From a virus (Duplodnaviria > Heunggongvirae > Uroviricota > Caudoviricetes), in IMG/VR virus record IMGVR_UViG_3300021963_000033: DNA of 64,000 nucleotides; one strand, given 5' to 3'. Under the pieces are notes generated by a model. It ran no database searches, was not told the origin of the DNA, and saw only the letters and a list, made by a program, of their open reading frames with translations. Each line of letters begins with the position of its first letter. Positions within the stretch are counted from its first letter, which is position 1. Positions 1 to 8,176 of the stretch are shown here, piece by piece. The translations under genes and the position numbers were made by a program.

Positions 1-142
1 TGTTCCAGTTGTCTACCATTGTCTCGTCCATCTCCTCGGTGGAGGTGAACGGACGCAGAGGACTACCATCCTCTAAGGTAAACTTTTCCCATGTGCTGGC
101 ATGACCAAAATGGGTATCACTGATTAGAAATCTAGTTGGCAT
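1..142 (-). CDS. metallophosphoesterase (calcineurin-like), N-terminal part; gene continues beyond window start
   Basis: Minus-strand ORF MPTRFLISDTHFGHAS..., where DTHFGH fits the metallophosphoesterase motif. GGAAAG lies 4 nt upstream of the ATG at 140-142. Confidence 0.5.
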   Translation of the reverse strand, partial: MPTRFLISDTHFGHASTWEKFTLEDGSPLRPFTSTEEMDETMVDNWN

Positions 143-277
143 TTTGCTTTCCAATGTATATTCGTGTTGCTTCTACGCTAAGAGACAATACGGCAGTTGC
201 ATTGATACGACAAGCGATGTTCAAAACAATCCACTTGGCGATGTATGCAGTGATACGTTCTTTGCGACTTAAATTCA

Positions 278-446
278 TTACTTCGAAACCTTTGCTTTAT
301 ACATCGCCTTAATATAAGGAGCATTACATCCATTATCACGGAGACGTTGCTCTGCTTCTTTTGCTGTTGCAGCATCTACAAGAACATGATCACGGTCAAT
401 TTGATTATAATTGATACGGACTACCCAATATTCAGTTACCATCATG
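278..446 (-). CDS. hypothetical small protein (56 aa)
   Basis: ATGATG start at 446 with a GGTGG SD. The ORF-track entry 278..514 carries a non-ATG extension. Confidence 0.35.
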
Positions 447-912
447 CTGCCACCTGCTTTGCACACCACTTGTGATAAAGACCGACTTCGCGACCATATG
501 CCTCGATCTCCCAAGGAGCATCGAAATAGGCATCTTCTTTGCCTTTCGGCTTCCAGATTTTACCCATCCACTTGCTGAAGATCTTAAGACCACCACGAGC
601 AGCGACCGCATGACCAGTCTCGAGTTCGTTCTTGGCATGTTGCTTGACATGAACCATTTCGTGACCAAGCACCTTGATCATTTCATTCACGTCTTGGTTC
701 TTAAGACCGATCGTGAACCAGCGAGGGTTCTTCGTGCCATCCTCATCGACGCACTCACCTTCGAGGTCAAAGTCTTTCCGGACTTCGATATCCAGTGTCA
801 GATTGCGAACCATACGTGGGTCCATCAACTGGGCGGCAAAGAATTCTGCTGCTTCGATCAACTTCTGCTTATCAGCGCGACGACCAACCAAACCTGTAAC
901 CGTGATATTCAT
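442..912 (-). CDS. putative zinc metallopeptidase (HEMVH motif)
   Basis: HExxH motif (GHEMVHVKQH). Start reassigned to ATG 912 with an AAAGGG SD; the ORF-track start at 927 is a TTG. Confidence 0.5.
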   Translation of the reverse strand: MNITVTGLVGRRADKQKLIEAAEFFAAQLMDPRMVRNLTLDIEVRKDFDLEGECVDEDGTKNPRWFTIGLKNQDVNEMIKVLGHEMVHVKQHAKNELETGHAVAARGGLKIFSKWMGKIWKPKGKEDAYFDAPWEIEAYGREVGLYHKWCAKQVAA

Positions 913-938
913 AACAAACCCTTTCAAACTATAATACC

Positions 939-967
939 ACTATACCCTAAAACGACAGGAATGTCAA
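939..967 (-). promoter_or_regulatory. early promoter, family member (TTGACA-17-TATAGT)
   Basis: Reverse complement reads GGCTTGACA-ttcctgtcgttttaggg-TATAGT-GGTATTATAGTTTGAAAGG. Confidence 0.6.
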
Positions 968-1133
968 GCCCTCTTTTTCACAAACTTCCATAAAAGATAC
1001 AGCGCTGCTGCACCCAGAAGGTAGGGAAAGATTATAGGGAGGGCAAATATCGTCATGACGAGCAGCGGAAAAATAATCACTGCAAATATGATATACCCTA
1101 CCAACAGCGCGATGAGGAGACAACCAAGTTCCA

Positions 1134-1832
1134 TTATGCCGCAATCTTGTGCTCAGCAAGAAATTTCTTCATCTTTCTCATTCGGTCCATTTCGAACTTC
1201 GTGGGCCAAAAGTCTGCTAATGTCTTGGTCTTATACGTTTGAAATTCTTCAACAATAAACGAAATCATATTTTCATATGAAGTAAGGTCGACGCTCTGCC
1301 CCTTTTCACCAACAAGGATTCCAGATCTCTTATAACACACTTCCTCAACTAATGCGCGAGTTTTCTTGAACATCGCCTTCGTCCGCTCTTCCGGGGAGGA
1401 GTTTCCCTTCGCAATGTTATCTGCTGCCCATAGATATTGCAAGTTCGAAAGATTGTTGTCATGTTTAACGCCATTCATGTGGTCGACATGAATCCCTGAC
1501 CTGGACAAGAAAATACGCTGTTCTTCGGTGAAATTCATCCACTGTTTTTTGGTAAAGCATTTAGGACGAAGTTTCTCCCAGTTGTTATCCTCGATAGCAT
1601 GACCATTAAACGTTTCCTGTAAGCAACGATGAACCGAGGTTTTACTGGTCTTACCGTTCTTCTTATAAGATATCGTAAAGTACTTCTCGTTACCCGAGGG
1701 TTTACATATGTTTTTCCGCGTACCATTTTTGTGGAAAAATTCGCCCAACTCATTTAAATAAAAATCCTGCCGCTCACCATTAATCACAGCAAAACGGTAA
1801 CGGATACCATCCATAATCTTTTCATAAGTCAT
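1134..1832 (-). CDS. HNH homing endonuclease
   Basis: HVDHMNGVKHDNNLSNLQ fits the HNH motif. ATG 1832 has an AAGGG SD and sits downstream of promoter 1862-1890. Confidence 0.6.
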   Translation of the reverse strand: MTYEKIMDGIRYRFAVINGERQDFYLNELGEFFHKNGTRKNICKPSGNEKYFTISYKKNGKTSKTSVHRCLQETFNGHAIEDNNWEKLRPKCFTKKQWMNFTEEQRIFLSRSGIHVDHMNGVKHDNNLSNLQYLWAADNIAKGNSSPEERTKAMFKKTRALVEEVCYKRSGILVGEKGQSVDLTSYENMISFIVEEFQTYKTKTLADFWPTKFEMDRMRKMKKFLAEHKIAA

Positions 1833-1861
1833 GTTATTCACCCTTCGCATAATATACAACC

Positions 1862-1890
1862 ACTATATCTTAAAACGGTAAAAATGTCAA
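1862..1890 (-). promoter_or_regulatory. early promoter, family member
   Basis: TTGACA-17-TATAGT upstream of the HNH gene. Confidence 0.55.
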
Positions 1891-1898
1891 TAGACTAT

Positions 1899-2123
1899 TT
1901 ACATGCTCCAATAGGTTTCGGAGGAAGGGTCGCATGCGAGAGGCGTATTCACGGGAATCTCGATCTCCTTACCGCTCATCAGCGAGGTAACAGTCTTCTT
2001 AGCGAATTGTCCGAGGTAGAATGCCTCGGCGAGAGCATCGCGCTTCAGACGGTGAGCATTGATCATCTCAACATGGTTCTTCATCACGAACCACACACCA
2101 TTCATCTTTTCAACAGTATACAT
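1899..2123 (-). CDS. hypothetical protein
   Basis: ORF with its own family promoter and an AAAAGGAAC SD. Confidence 0.45.
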   Translation of the reverse strand: MYTVEKMNGVWFVMKNHVEMINAHRLKRDALAEAFYLGQFAKKTVTSLMSGKEIEIPVNTPLACDPSSETYWSM

Positions 2124-2154
2124 AATCAAAGTTCCTTTTCACATCTTATATTCC

Positions 2155-2183
2155 AATATACCTCGAAACGTGAGAAATGTCAA
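2155..2183 (-). promoter_or_regulatory. early promoter, family member (subfamily B leader)
   Basis: GCTTGACA-17-TATATT followed by ggaatataagatgtgaaaaggaa. Confidence 0.55.
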
Positions 2184-2197
2184 GCCTCTAAATTACA

Positions 2198-3520
2198 TTA
2201 TCCGAACATTACATGCACACCAACATTTAGCGTGTTCGGTATAATCTGTTGTTCCTGTTTGGTGTAGAGAAAGTCCAGACGCCCATCATTGTTAACATCC
2301 CACATCTCAACACCAGTCCACGCAGAATCCCATGGTGCTCGAAAAGTCTCATCAAACTTAAAGGTCTTACCATCATTGATCAGAATCTTAGTATCAGGCA
2401 TGTATCCAGTTGATACAATATCCAGCAATCCATCACGATTCACATCGGTGACATGGAGTTTGCTGTTCCATCGCTGCTCGCTGATGACAAACTTCTCAAC
2501 TCCAGTCTGCCCAAAAATATAAATCGTAGTTCCACGGTAGAAAGGTTGCTCGGCAGTCGTAGACATCACAATCTCTTTCTTACCATCACCAGTCAGGTCG
2601 GCAATCGAGATATCCGTAACAATCCTCCCAGGAATACTCAGAGTTTGCGTAGCACTATACTGCCCACCGCTATACCGAAGGACAATGCTGTCGACCTTAT
2701 CACCGCCGAGAACTAATTCGGATACTCCGTCAGCGTCTAAGTCGGCGAACTCTGCGGCAGAATATACTGATGCATTCAACCCACTCGCGAAGAGGTCATC
2801 ACGCCTCGTGAAGTTACCACGACCATCGTTTACCAGAAAATACGGTTTCGTCATCGTAGGCGTCCATGCGAGGTTACCGACATAAATGTCAACATCACCA
2901 TCGTTGTCTATATCAGCAATCGCCGTAGAGTGGGTAAAGTCCTTCGTGGTTGGAATATTGGAACTCTTATCACTGAACCCACCGCCAGCGGTGCCAAACA
3001 ATAGTTTATTCTGCCCACCACCAAAGGTTCCTGCATCATATCCTGCATCGCCAATGAATACATCCTTATATCCATCACGATTAAAGTCTGCAATCTCAAT
3101 AGTATCTACTGGCATGGAAGTCGAAACTACGCTGCTCTTTTTAGTGGCAAATACTGTAGAACTGTTGTTCGTCAGACTGTATGCAAACTCTTCACCATAT
3201 ACATCAGGTGCTGTGACATTATTCGGAAAGAATGACTTCAATACTGACAGGTGATTACCAACTGCATAGAATGACTCTATGGTATATTCAAAGGTATACT
3301 TCCCATTGATATTGGTATATGGTATCGTTATCTGAATACCATCAATCTTCTGTGGGACTGAGAATAATGCTGGACCTGCTACCACTACGGGTGGTGTAGG
3401 TGTAGTAGGAGTAACTGGCGGTACAGGTTGCACTGTAATGATAGGAGTACTACCACTACCGCCACCACCACATGCAGTGAGTAGCAGCATTACCATTAAT
3501 GGTGTAAATCTTTTCATCAT
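2198..3520 (-). CDS. FG-GAP/VCBS-repeat beta-propeller lipoprotein
   Basis: Lipoprotein signal MMKRFTPLMVMLLLTAC followed by a G/S linker. At least six DxDxDG-type FG-GAP repeats (DIDNDGDVDIYVGN, DVNRDGLLDIV, DVNNDGRLDF...). GGAGGAAG SD. Confidence 0.6.
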   Translation of the reverse strand: MMKRFTPLMVMLLLTACGGGGSGSTPIITVQPVPPVTPTTPTPPVVVAGPALFSVPQKIDGIQITIPYTNINGKYTFEYTIESFYAVGNHLSVLKSFFPNNVTAPDVYGEEFAYSLTNNSSTVFATKKSSVVSTSMPVDTIEIADFNRDGYKDVFIGDAGYDAGTFGGGQNKLLFGTAGGGFSDKSSNIPTTKDFTHSTAIADIDNDGDVDIYVGNLAWTPTMTKPYFLVNDGRGNFTRRDDLFASGLNASVYSAAEFADLDADGVSELVLGGDKVDSIVLRYSGGQYSATQTLSIPGRIVTDISIADLTGDGKKEIVMSTTAEQPFYRGTTIYIFGQTGVEKFVISEQRWNSKLHVTDVNRDGLLDIVSTGYMPDTKILINDGKTFKFDETFRAPWDSAWTGVEMWDVNNDGRLDFLYTKQEQQIIPNTLNVGVHVMFG

Positions 3521-3786
3521 GCTTCCTCCACTACAGCAAACCCCTTGGCAACTTCACGATGCCTCGCTGCTTGCGCTTTCTTTACTGCCTTGTCAGAGAT
3601 ACCAAGACCTCTTGACCATTCATAGCGGTCGAGTAGCACGGAAACACCATCGGGTGTAGTGTACTCATAGTATACAGGGATGTCAATTAGATCTGCATCC
3701 TGTGCGATCAGTTGGTCCATCGCTGCTGTTTTCTGTGCGACCTCCAGAGACTCTGTGTTGGCCGCAGCAATTTTTTTTCTTGGCAT
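3517..3786 (-). CDS. hypothetical protein
   Basis: ORF with an AAAAGGA SD. Its stop overlaps the lipoprotein ATG (ATGA). Confidence 0.5.
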   Translation of the reverse strand: MPRKKIAAANTESLEVAQKTAAMDQLIAQDADLIDIPVYYEYTTPDGVSVLLDRYEWSRGLGISDKAVKKAQAARHREVAKGFAVVEEA

Positions 3787-3938
3787 TTTGAATCCTTTTA
3801 TATGTGCAGGGTATGTGTCGTGAACTGTTGATCGGTGTTAAACCAAGTCGACGCTAAACCCACTTTATGGAGAGGGGACCCGAGTTTCAAAACCATAGCT
3901 CAAAACTGACAGGGTCTCAACTACTCCTCAATCAACTG

Positions 3939-4172
3939 TCAAACACCACGAGGGACACGCATCAAACGAGTCACATCCTTATCGAGGAAGTCTCCAGTGG
4001 CACTCCACACGCGAAACGCGACACATTCAGTCATACGCATCGCACATTCATTCTCGCGTGCACATCCATCACACGGAATTTCTCGTGCATTCTCAGGGAT
4101 TGGGAGAAGGATCTGCGAGTGAGTGCATGGATCACTCATGAATTCATTGTCAAAACCTATCATGTCCATCAT
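3939..4172 (-). CDS. hypothetical Cys-rich (zinc-binding?) protein
   Basis: AAAGGAG SD before ATGATG. Several CxxC-like cysteines. Confidence 0.45.
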   Translation of the reverse strand: MMDMIGFDNEFMSDPCTHSQILLPIPENAREIPCDGCARENECAMRMTECVAFRVWSATGDFLDKDVTRLMRVPRGV

Positions 4173-4372
4173 ACTGCTTCTCCTTTACGAAAGTTTACAC
4201 GGTCTTCGATCTCTTTACGCACCTCTGGGTAACGTGCCATCAGTGAGAGCAGGGTGGACTCGAAGTATCCAGCGGCATATGCCATACGAGCATTACCAAT
4301 GTCCTGAGGAATTGCATCCTCCACGAGGAACTGGGTAAGATCGGCATCAGTCATGTTAGCAGTTGTATTCAT
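4169..4372 (-). CDS. hypothetical protein
   Basis: ATG at 4372 with an AAGGAA SD; the MRKG extension in the ORF track is the translated leader. Promoter 4400-4427 lies upstream. Confidence 0.5.
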   Translation of the reverse strand: MNTTANMTDADLTQFLVEDAIPQDIGNARMAYAAGYFESTLLSLMARYPEVRKEIEDRVNFRKGEAV

Positions 4373-4399
4373 CACGTTTCCTTTTCTCATCATATTACC

Positions 4400-4427
4400 A
4401 CTATACCTGAAACTGGAGAAATGTCAA
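4400..4427 (-). promoter_or_regulatory. early promoter, family member
   Basis: GGGGCTTGACA-16-TATAGT. Confidence 0.55.
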
Positions 4428-4651
4428 GCCCCTAAATTATCTAAAACATGACAAATAATTTGCTCGAAGTCATCATCAGGATGGAGGTGAGGATGGTCGA
4501 TCACGACATCATTGTAGATGTCAGCGACATACTCAAAGATTTCCTTACCATTAGTTCCATTGATGCAGTCATAGATGTAATCGAATACATCAACTGCCTC
4601 AGTAAGTCCAATGTGGACCTGTTCTTCAACTGTAATCATTTCCATAATCAT
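4424..4651 (-). CDS. hypothetical acidic protein
   Basis: AAAGG SD 9 nt before ATG 4651. Confidence 0.45.
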   Translation of the reverse strand: MIMEMITVEEQVHIGLTEAVDVFDYIYDCINGTNGKEIFEYVADIYNDVVIDHPHLHPDDDFEQIICHVLDNLGA

Positions 4652-4652
4652 A

Positions 4653-4937
4653 TTATAATACCTTTCCATCGAGGATAAACTTACCATTGTCACCGTGCAC
4701 CAGGATGCCATCATCCATCATCACACGCAGAGGAGCAGCACCTGCTTCCATCTTGGCAAAGTAGTCAGCAGGGGTATAGTGCTTCACCAGTGCCTTCAGG
4801 AACTTCGCCTTGGTCACTGGACCACGATGCTTGAAGCGAGCGACGAACTTCCGTCCTTCCCAGTAGTTATCAGCATGGGGTTGGAAGTATACCGAATCAC
4901 CGCTGGTAACCAAATTTTGCTTCGTAAAAGTAGTCAT
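4653..4937 (-). CDS. hypothetical protein
   Basis: ATG 4937 with an AAAGG SD. Promoter 4965-4992 lies upstream. Confidence 0.5.
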   Translation of the reverse strand: MTTFTKQNLVTSGDSVYFQPHADNYWEGRKFVARFKHRGPVTKAKFLKALVKHYTPADYFAKMEAGAAPLRVMMDDGILVHGDNGKFILDGKVL

Positions 4938-4964
4938 AATCAAAACCTTTCAAACTATAATTCC

Positions 4965-4992
4965 AATATACCTGAAACTGCAGTTTTGTCAA
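4965..4992 (-). promoter_or_regulatory. early promoter, family member
   Basis: GGGGCTTGACA-16-TATATT followed by GGAATTATAGTTTGAAAGG. Confidence 0.55.
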
Positions 4993-4996
4993 GCCC

Positions 4997-5158
4997 CTAA
5001 ATCGCATATCGTGAAATTAAATTATCCCAGTTGATGTTATATGGGAGATTCATTGCCTGCCACTCACGGAGAAGTTGTACCTTCACATCGGTCCATTCTT
5101 CCTGTTGAAACATCTTGTAGAGGTCTTGAAGGGTATAAACGTAATTAGTATCAGTCAT
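4997..5158 (-). CDS. hypothetical small protein (53 aa)
   Basis: ATG 5158 with an AAGGAA SD, downstream of promoter 5192-5220. The ORF-track entry 4997..5275 runs through the promoter. Confidence 0.45.
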   Translation of the reverse strand: MTDTNYVYTLQDLYKMFQQEEWTDVKVQLLREWQAMNLPYNINWDNLISRYAI

Positions 5159-5191
5159 AAGCTTTAGTTCCTTTTCATATACGACATAGTC

Positions 5192-5220
5192 ATTATACCT
5201 CGAAACAGGACAGTTGTCAA
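5192..5220 (-). promoter_or_regulatory. early promoter, family member
   Basis: GGCTTGACA-17-TATAAT. Confidence 0.6.
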
Positions 5221-5230
5221 GCCTAAAACG

Positions 5231-5261
5231 AAAAAAACATCCACCGATTTCTCGATGGATG
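5231..5261 (-). terminator. rho-independent terminator
   Basis: Minus-strand RNA hairpin CATCCATCGA-GAAA-TCGGTGGATG followed by TTTTTTT. Confidence 0.55.
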
Positions 5262-5302
5262 CTTCCGGAGCGCACCAGCAGTTGGCAGGTGTATGGGTTA
5301 CA

Positions 5303-5473
5303 CTATGACATAATAGCGCGAAATGGACGTGCCATGCGCTTGTTGATGTAGTTGGAGGCGAATTGCTCCACCTCACCCTTGGTACCACGCTTGGTGTCCA
5401 CCCATGAACCATTGACATATAGGTCCAATTCATAGGTGCCAGGACGGATCTTAGTAATTGTGTAGTCACGCAT
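5303..5473 (-). CDS. hypothetical small protein (56 aa, MRDYTITKIRPGTYELDLYVNGSW...)
   Basis: Not in the ORF track; the listed 5164..5469 is a GTG-started ORF in another frame with junk-like composition. ATG 5471-5473 has an AAGGAG SD and sits between promoter 5499-5527 and terminator 5231-5261. Confidence 0.45.
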   Translation of the reverse strand: MRDYTITKIRPGTYELDLYVNGSWVDTKRGTKGEVEQFASNYINKRMARPFRAIMS

Positions 5474-5498
5474 AGCAGTTCTCCTTAGTTAAGCAACC

Positions 5499-5527
5499 AT
5501 TCTACCTTATATATTGGCAAATGTCAA
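5499..5527 (-). promoter_or_regulatory. early promoter, family member
   Basis: CCCTTGACA-17-TAGAAT. Confidence 0.5.
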
Positions 5528-5861
5528 GGGAAATGTGGTGTATGTGTGATTGATTTTTTAAATCAGTGTGGCGCGACTGAGTGGAATTTCTTTGGGTGCG
5601 CATTAACACAAGCCTCCACAGGTCACCACACGCCTCCACACATCGACCTAATTCAAGACCAGTTCAAGAAGTGCAAACCACTAAAAGTTAGCGAATTTCA
5701 CTACTTTTTCTTTACAGTACATTCAGTAGAGTAGCGAATACACATCCAACTGCTGCTGCATTCAGTAGTGTTCCCTTACGTATAGTATCATTCTTTACAT
5801 CTTTCCATACATAATACGCATTCAATACCAATAATATTACACCAATTACATTCAATATCAT

Positions 5862-6020
5862 TTACTTTACTCCCTCGAACAGTTCATCTAGTGCTTCATT
5901 CTTCGTACGTTTATCGAACCATGCACGGACATCTTTCTTCACATAATCTTCATCGACTTGTTTCTTAGCATCTTCCCATCTTGCTTGATCAGATTTATTA
6001 TACCATAGTTGCCGTGACAT
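5862..6020 (-). CDS. small protein, ALDELF(E)GVK C-terminal family (paralog A)
   Basis: 52-aa ORF ending ...NEALDELFEGVK. Its GGAG SD is encoded by the C-terminal codons of the upstream paralog. Confidence 0.5.
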   Translation of the reverse strand: MSRQLWYNKSDQARWEDAKKQVDEDYVKKDVRAWFDKRTKNEALDELFEGVK

Positions 6021-6230
6021 CTATTTTACTCCAAACAGTTCATCTAGTGCATTTTGCTTAGTTTTTTCATTAATATATTCAATATCCCATGTTGCCTGAT
6101 CACGGGAGTGTGGTGCGACTGTAATCCAATCTTTGCTATTATATACTTCAATCATTTGTGTATCAGGATTGTATCTCATGTCACCCATCTTTGGAAGATG
6201 TTCATTCATTTGGTCATTCCATACTATCAT
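6021..6230 (-). CDS. small protein, ALDELFGVK C-terminal family (paralog B)
   Basis: ORF ending ...QNALDELFGVK. Confidence 0.55.
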   Translation of the reverse strand: MIVWNDQMNEHLPKMGDMRYNPDTQMIEVYNSKDWITVAPHSRDQATWDIEYINEKTKQNALDELFGVK

Positions 6231-6391
6231 TTGTTTACACCGAACAGTTCATCTAGTGCCATTTCTTTCTCGAATGGAATAACATATTCAAATTTATCCT
6301 TCCATGCAGACAGTTTAGCATCATCATTCAGTATATCATACGTCCATTGGTCGATTTGCTTCTTCAGTGCATCAGCGTAAGTGTCACCCAT
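6227..6391 (-). CDS. small protein, ALDELFGV C-terminal family (paralog C)
   Basis: 54-aa ORF ending ...EMALDELFGVNK. GGAGGTGA SD; ATGA overlap with paralog B. Confidence 0.5.
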   Translation of the reverse strand: MGDTYADALKKQIDQWTYDILNDDAKLSAWKDKFEYVIPFEKEMALDELFGVNK

Positions 6392-6557
6392 TCATCACCT
6401 CCAGTATCACTGACTCCAATGATGCTCTCTCATGTTCCTTTATTACCAATGCACCATGTTCATGCACTGCAACATGAGTAGCATTATCCTCAGTGACATA
6501 CTTACCATTGGTGTGATTCGTATATCCGAGTTCATTTTCTATGAGAAAATTATTCAT
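6384..6557 (-). CDS. hypothetical small protein (57 aa)
   Basis: ORF MNNFLIENELGYTNHTNGKY...; its stop overlaps the start of paralog C. Confidence 0.4.
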   Translation of the reverse strand: MNNFLIENELGYTNHTNGKYVTEDNATHVAVHEHGALVIKEHERASLESVILEVMNG

Positions 6558-6922
6558 TTTTGTTTACCCGCAGGAACCAATTCGTATCCTTCAAAAATAT
6601 ACTGCCCGCCACGGCGAGACTGCACCCATGTAAGACTCCACAGCAACCAGTTACGTTGCATTGCACCAATCAGTTCCTCATTACCAGACCATCCACCAGT
6701 GCTTATTGTGTAGCGAGTTACAGGACGTTCAAGTATATCATCTACTGCATCTTCGATCTTCCAGTCAGTCAATGCCCAGAGAGATTGAACGAATGCAAAC
6801 CATCCAGGAATATCCTTCACTGACCAGTTAGAGATTAACCGCAGTTCTTCATCAGTCGGGTAACCATCATCAGTCATACCAGTATGATCAACACGACGAG
6901 GATGGATGCTACGATGCTCCAT
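6554..6922 (-). CDS. hypothetical protein
   Basis: 122-aa ORF with no recognisable motif. Confidence 0.45.
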   Translation of the reverse strand: MEHRSIHPRRVDHTGMTDDGYPTDEELRLISNWSVKDIPGWFAFVQSLWALTDWKIEDAVDDILERPVTRYTISTGGWSGNEELIGAMQRNWLLWSLTWVQSRRGGQYIFEGYELVPAGKQK

Positions 6923-7092
6923 TCCAGTGGACCATATGTTTTAATGTTTTCAATTATGTCTTTTATCATGAGATTCTTACTCCAATATACCATAGATCTA
7001 TACGTGCAAACCACTTACTATTGTGCTTGCCGAATCCGATACGCAGCATGCGATTGTTCTTGTCAAGTGGAATTGTGGTGATATTTTTCATG

Positions 7093-7620
7093 TTATACCA
7101 CAAATGACCACAGTGATGTATCAGCATGGAGCGTAACAGGTTTACCCAGCATTTGCTCTAGTTGCTTTACATTCTCCACCACATCTGGCCAGTCAGGTGA
7201 GTAGTCATGTCCACACAGCAGACCACCACTTTTTAGATGCCTGAGACCATACAGAATGATGTGCCAGTCATTGGGATTGCTGTGTGCAGCATCAACAAAG
7301 AATATATCAGCAGGATCACCGATATACTTTGAGTATTTAAAGTATGGGCATACATGGACAACTGGATGGATATTTGATATATCCTTGGTATTCTCATGGA
7401 AGTCATCATAGAAGTCGATATCTTCCTTTGCATCATAGAATGTATCCACACAGTATACCTTCACAGATGGATCACAGGACTTTGCCCATGCGACTGCACT
7501 GCGACCGAATAGACTGCCGACCTCTACAATGACACCACCTTCTGGGACTGTACTCGCCCATCGCTCGATGACCTGCAGTTCAGTTTCATTCATGTGTCCA
7601 TTGATTGTCATGTCATACAT
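7093..7620 (-). CDS. class I SAM-dependent methyltransferase
   Basis: VIVEVGSLFGRSA is a G-x-G-type SAM-binding motif I. GGAG SD. Confidence 0.55.
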   Translation of the reverse strand: MYDMTINGHMNETELQVIERWASTVPEGGVIVEVGSLFGRSAVAWAKSCDPSVKVYCVDTFYDAKEDIDFYDDFHENTKDISNIHPVVHVCPYFKYSKYIGDPADIFFVDAAHSNPNDWHIILYGLRHLKSGGLLCGHDYSPDWPDVVENVKQLEQMLGKPVTLHADTSLWSFVV

Positions 7621-8118
7621 TTACATCTCCGCCAGTTCTGCGAATGAGTTCAGTTCGAAACCACATTCACCATTGTTATACTTGCTGTTGCCACCGACTG
7701 GGAATTCAATCCGACCATAGTCACGGACAGATTCATAGTCAAAGATGAAGTAGTAGCGGAAGTTATCAGCAGCAGGGTCATATGCCATTACTCGCAGTGC
7801 ACCGACCTTATTGCCAATGCCAGTGACCAGCACCTTGCCACCATTGCCATTCGACTCACGGTAGTTCACAGTGACAGACTTCGCATCGGAATCATCAGTG
7901 AAGTCGCGAGCATCCTCTGAACACATCGCATACTTGCCCTTTGAGTTCTCCGCAAGAGCGAACTCATAGAAACGGTCACGTTGCAGCAGTCCATGCTTGG
8001 CGAGATACTTGATGGTATCAACCTGCTTGGGATTTGAGATTAGATGGGATGGGAGGTGTTGGACCAGTTCATTAATGAACGCAATGTCAAAAATCACAGT
8101 CGCATCAGTCGTTGCCAT
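7621..8118 (-). CDS. hypothetical protein
   Basis: ORF with an AAAGGAAA SD, downstream of promoter 8148-8176. Confidence 0.5.
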   Translation of the reverse strand: MATTDATVIFDIAFINELVQHLPSHLISNPKQVDTIKYLAKHGLLQRDRFYEFALAENSKGKYAMCSEDARDFTDDSDAKSVTVNYRESNGNGGKVLVTGIGNKVGALRVMAYDPAADNFRYYFIFDYESVRDYGRIEFPVGGNSKYNNGECGFELNSFAELAEM

Positions 8119-8147
8119 TACAATTTTCCTTTCAAACTATAGTAACC

Positions 8148-8176
8148 AATATACTATAAAATGGCGGAAATGTCAA
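8148..8176 (-). promoter_or_regulatory. early promoter, family member
   Basis: TTGACA-17-TATATT followed by GGTTACTATAGTTTGAAAGGAAA. Confidence 0.5.

Noticed and set aside
472-993. 173-aa plus-strand ORF, and similar plus-strand ORFs at 674-934, 1884-2267, 2886-3254, 9603-9938, 22470-23024 and 60503-61027
   Set aside because: They lie antisense to well-supported minus-strand genes, have junk-like composition (Cys/His/Leu-rich) and lack SD sequences. They are treated as shadow ORFs.
5164-5469. 101-aa ORF-track entry starting with GTG
   Set aside because: It runs through promoter 5192-5220 and terminator 5231-5261, and its composition is junk-like. A different frame gives a clean 56-aa ORF (5303-5473) with ATG plus AAGGAG SD, which is annotated instead.
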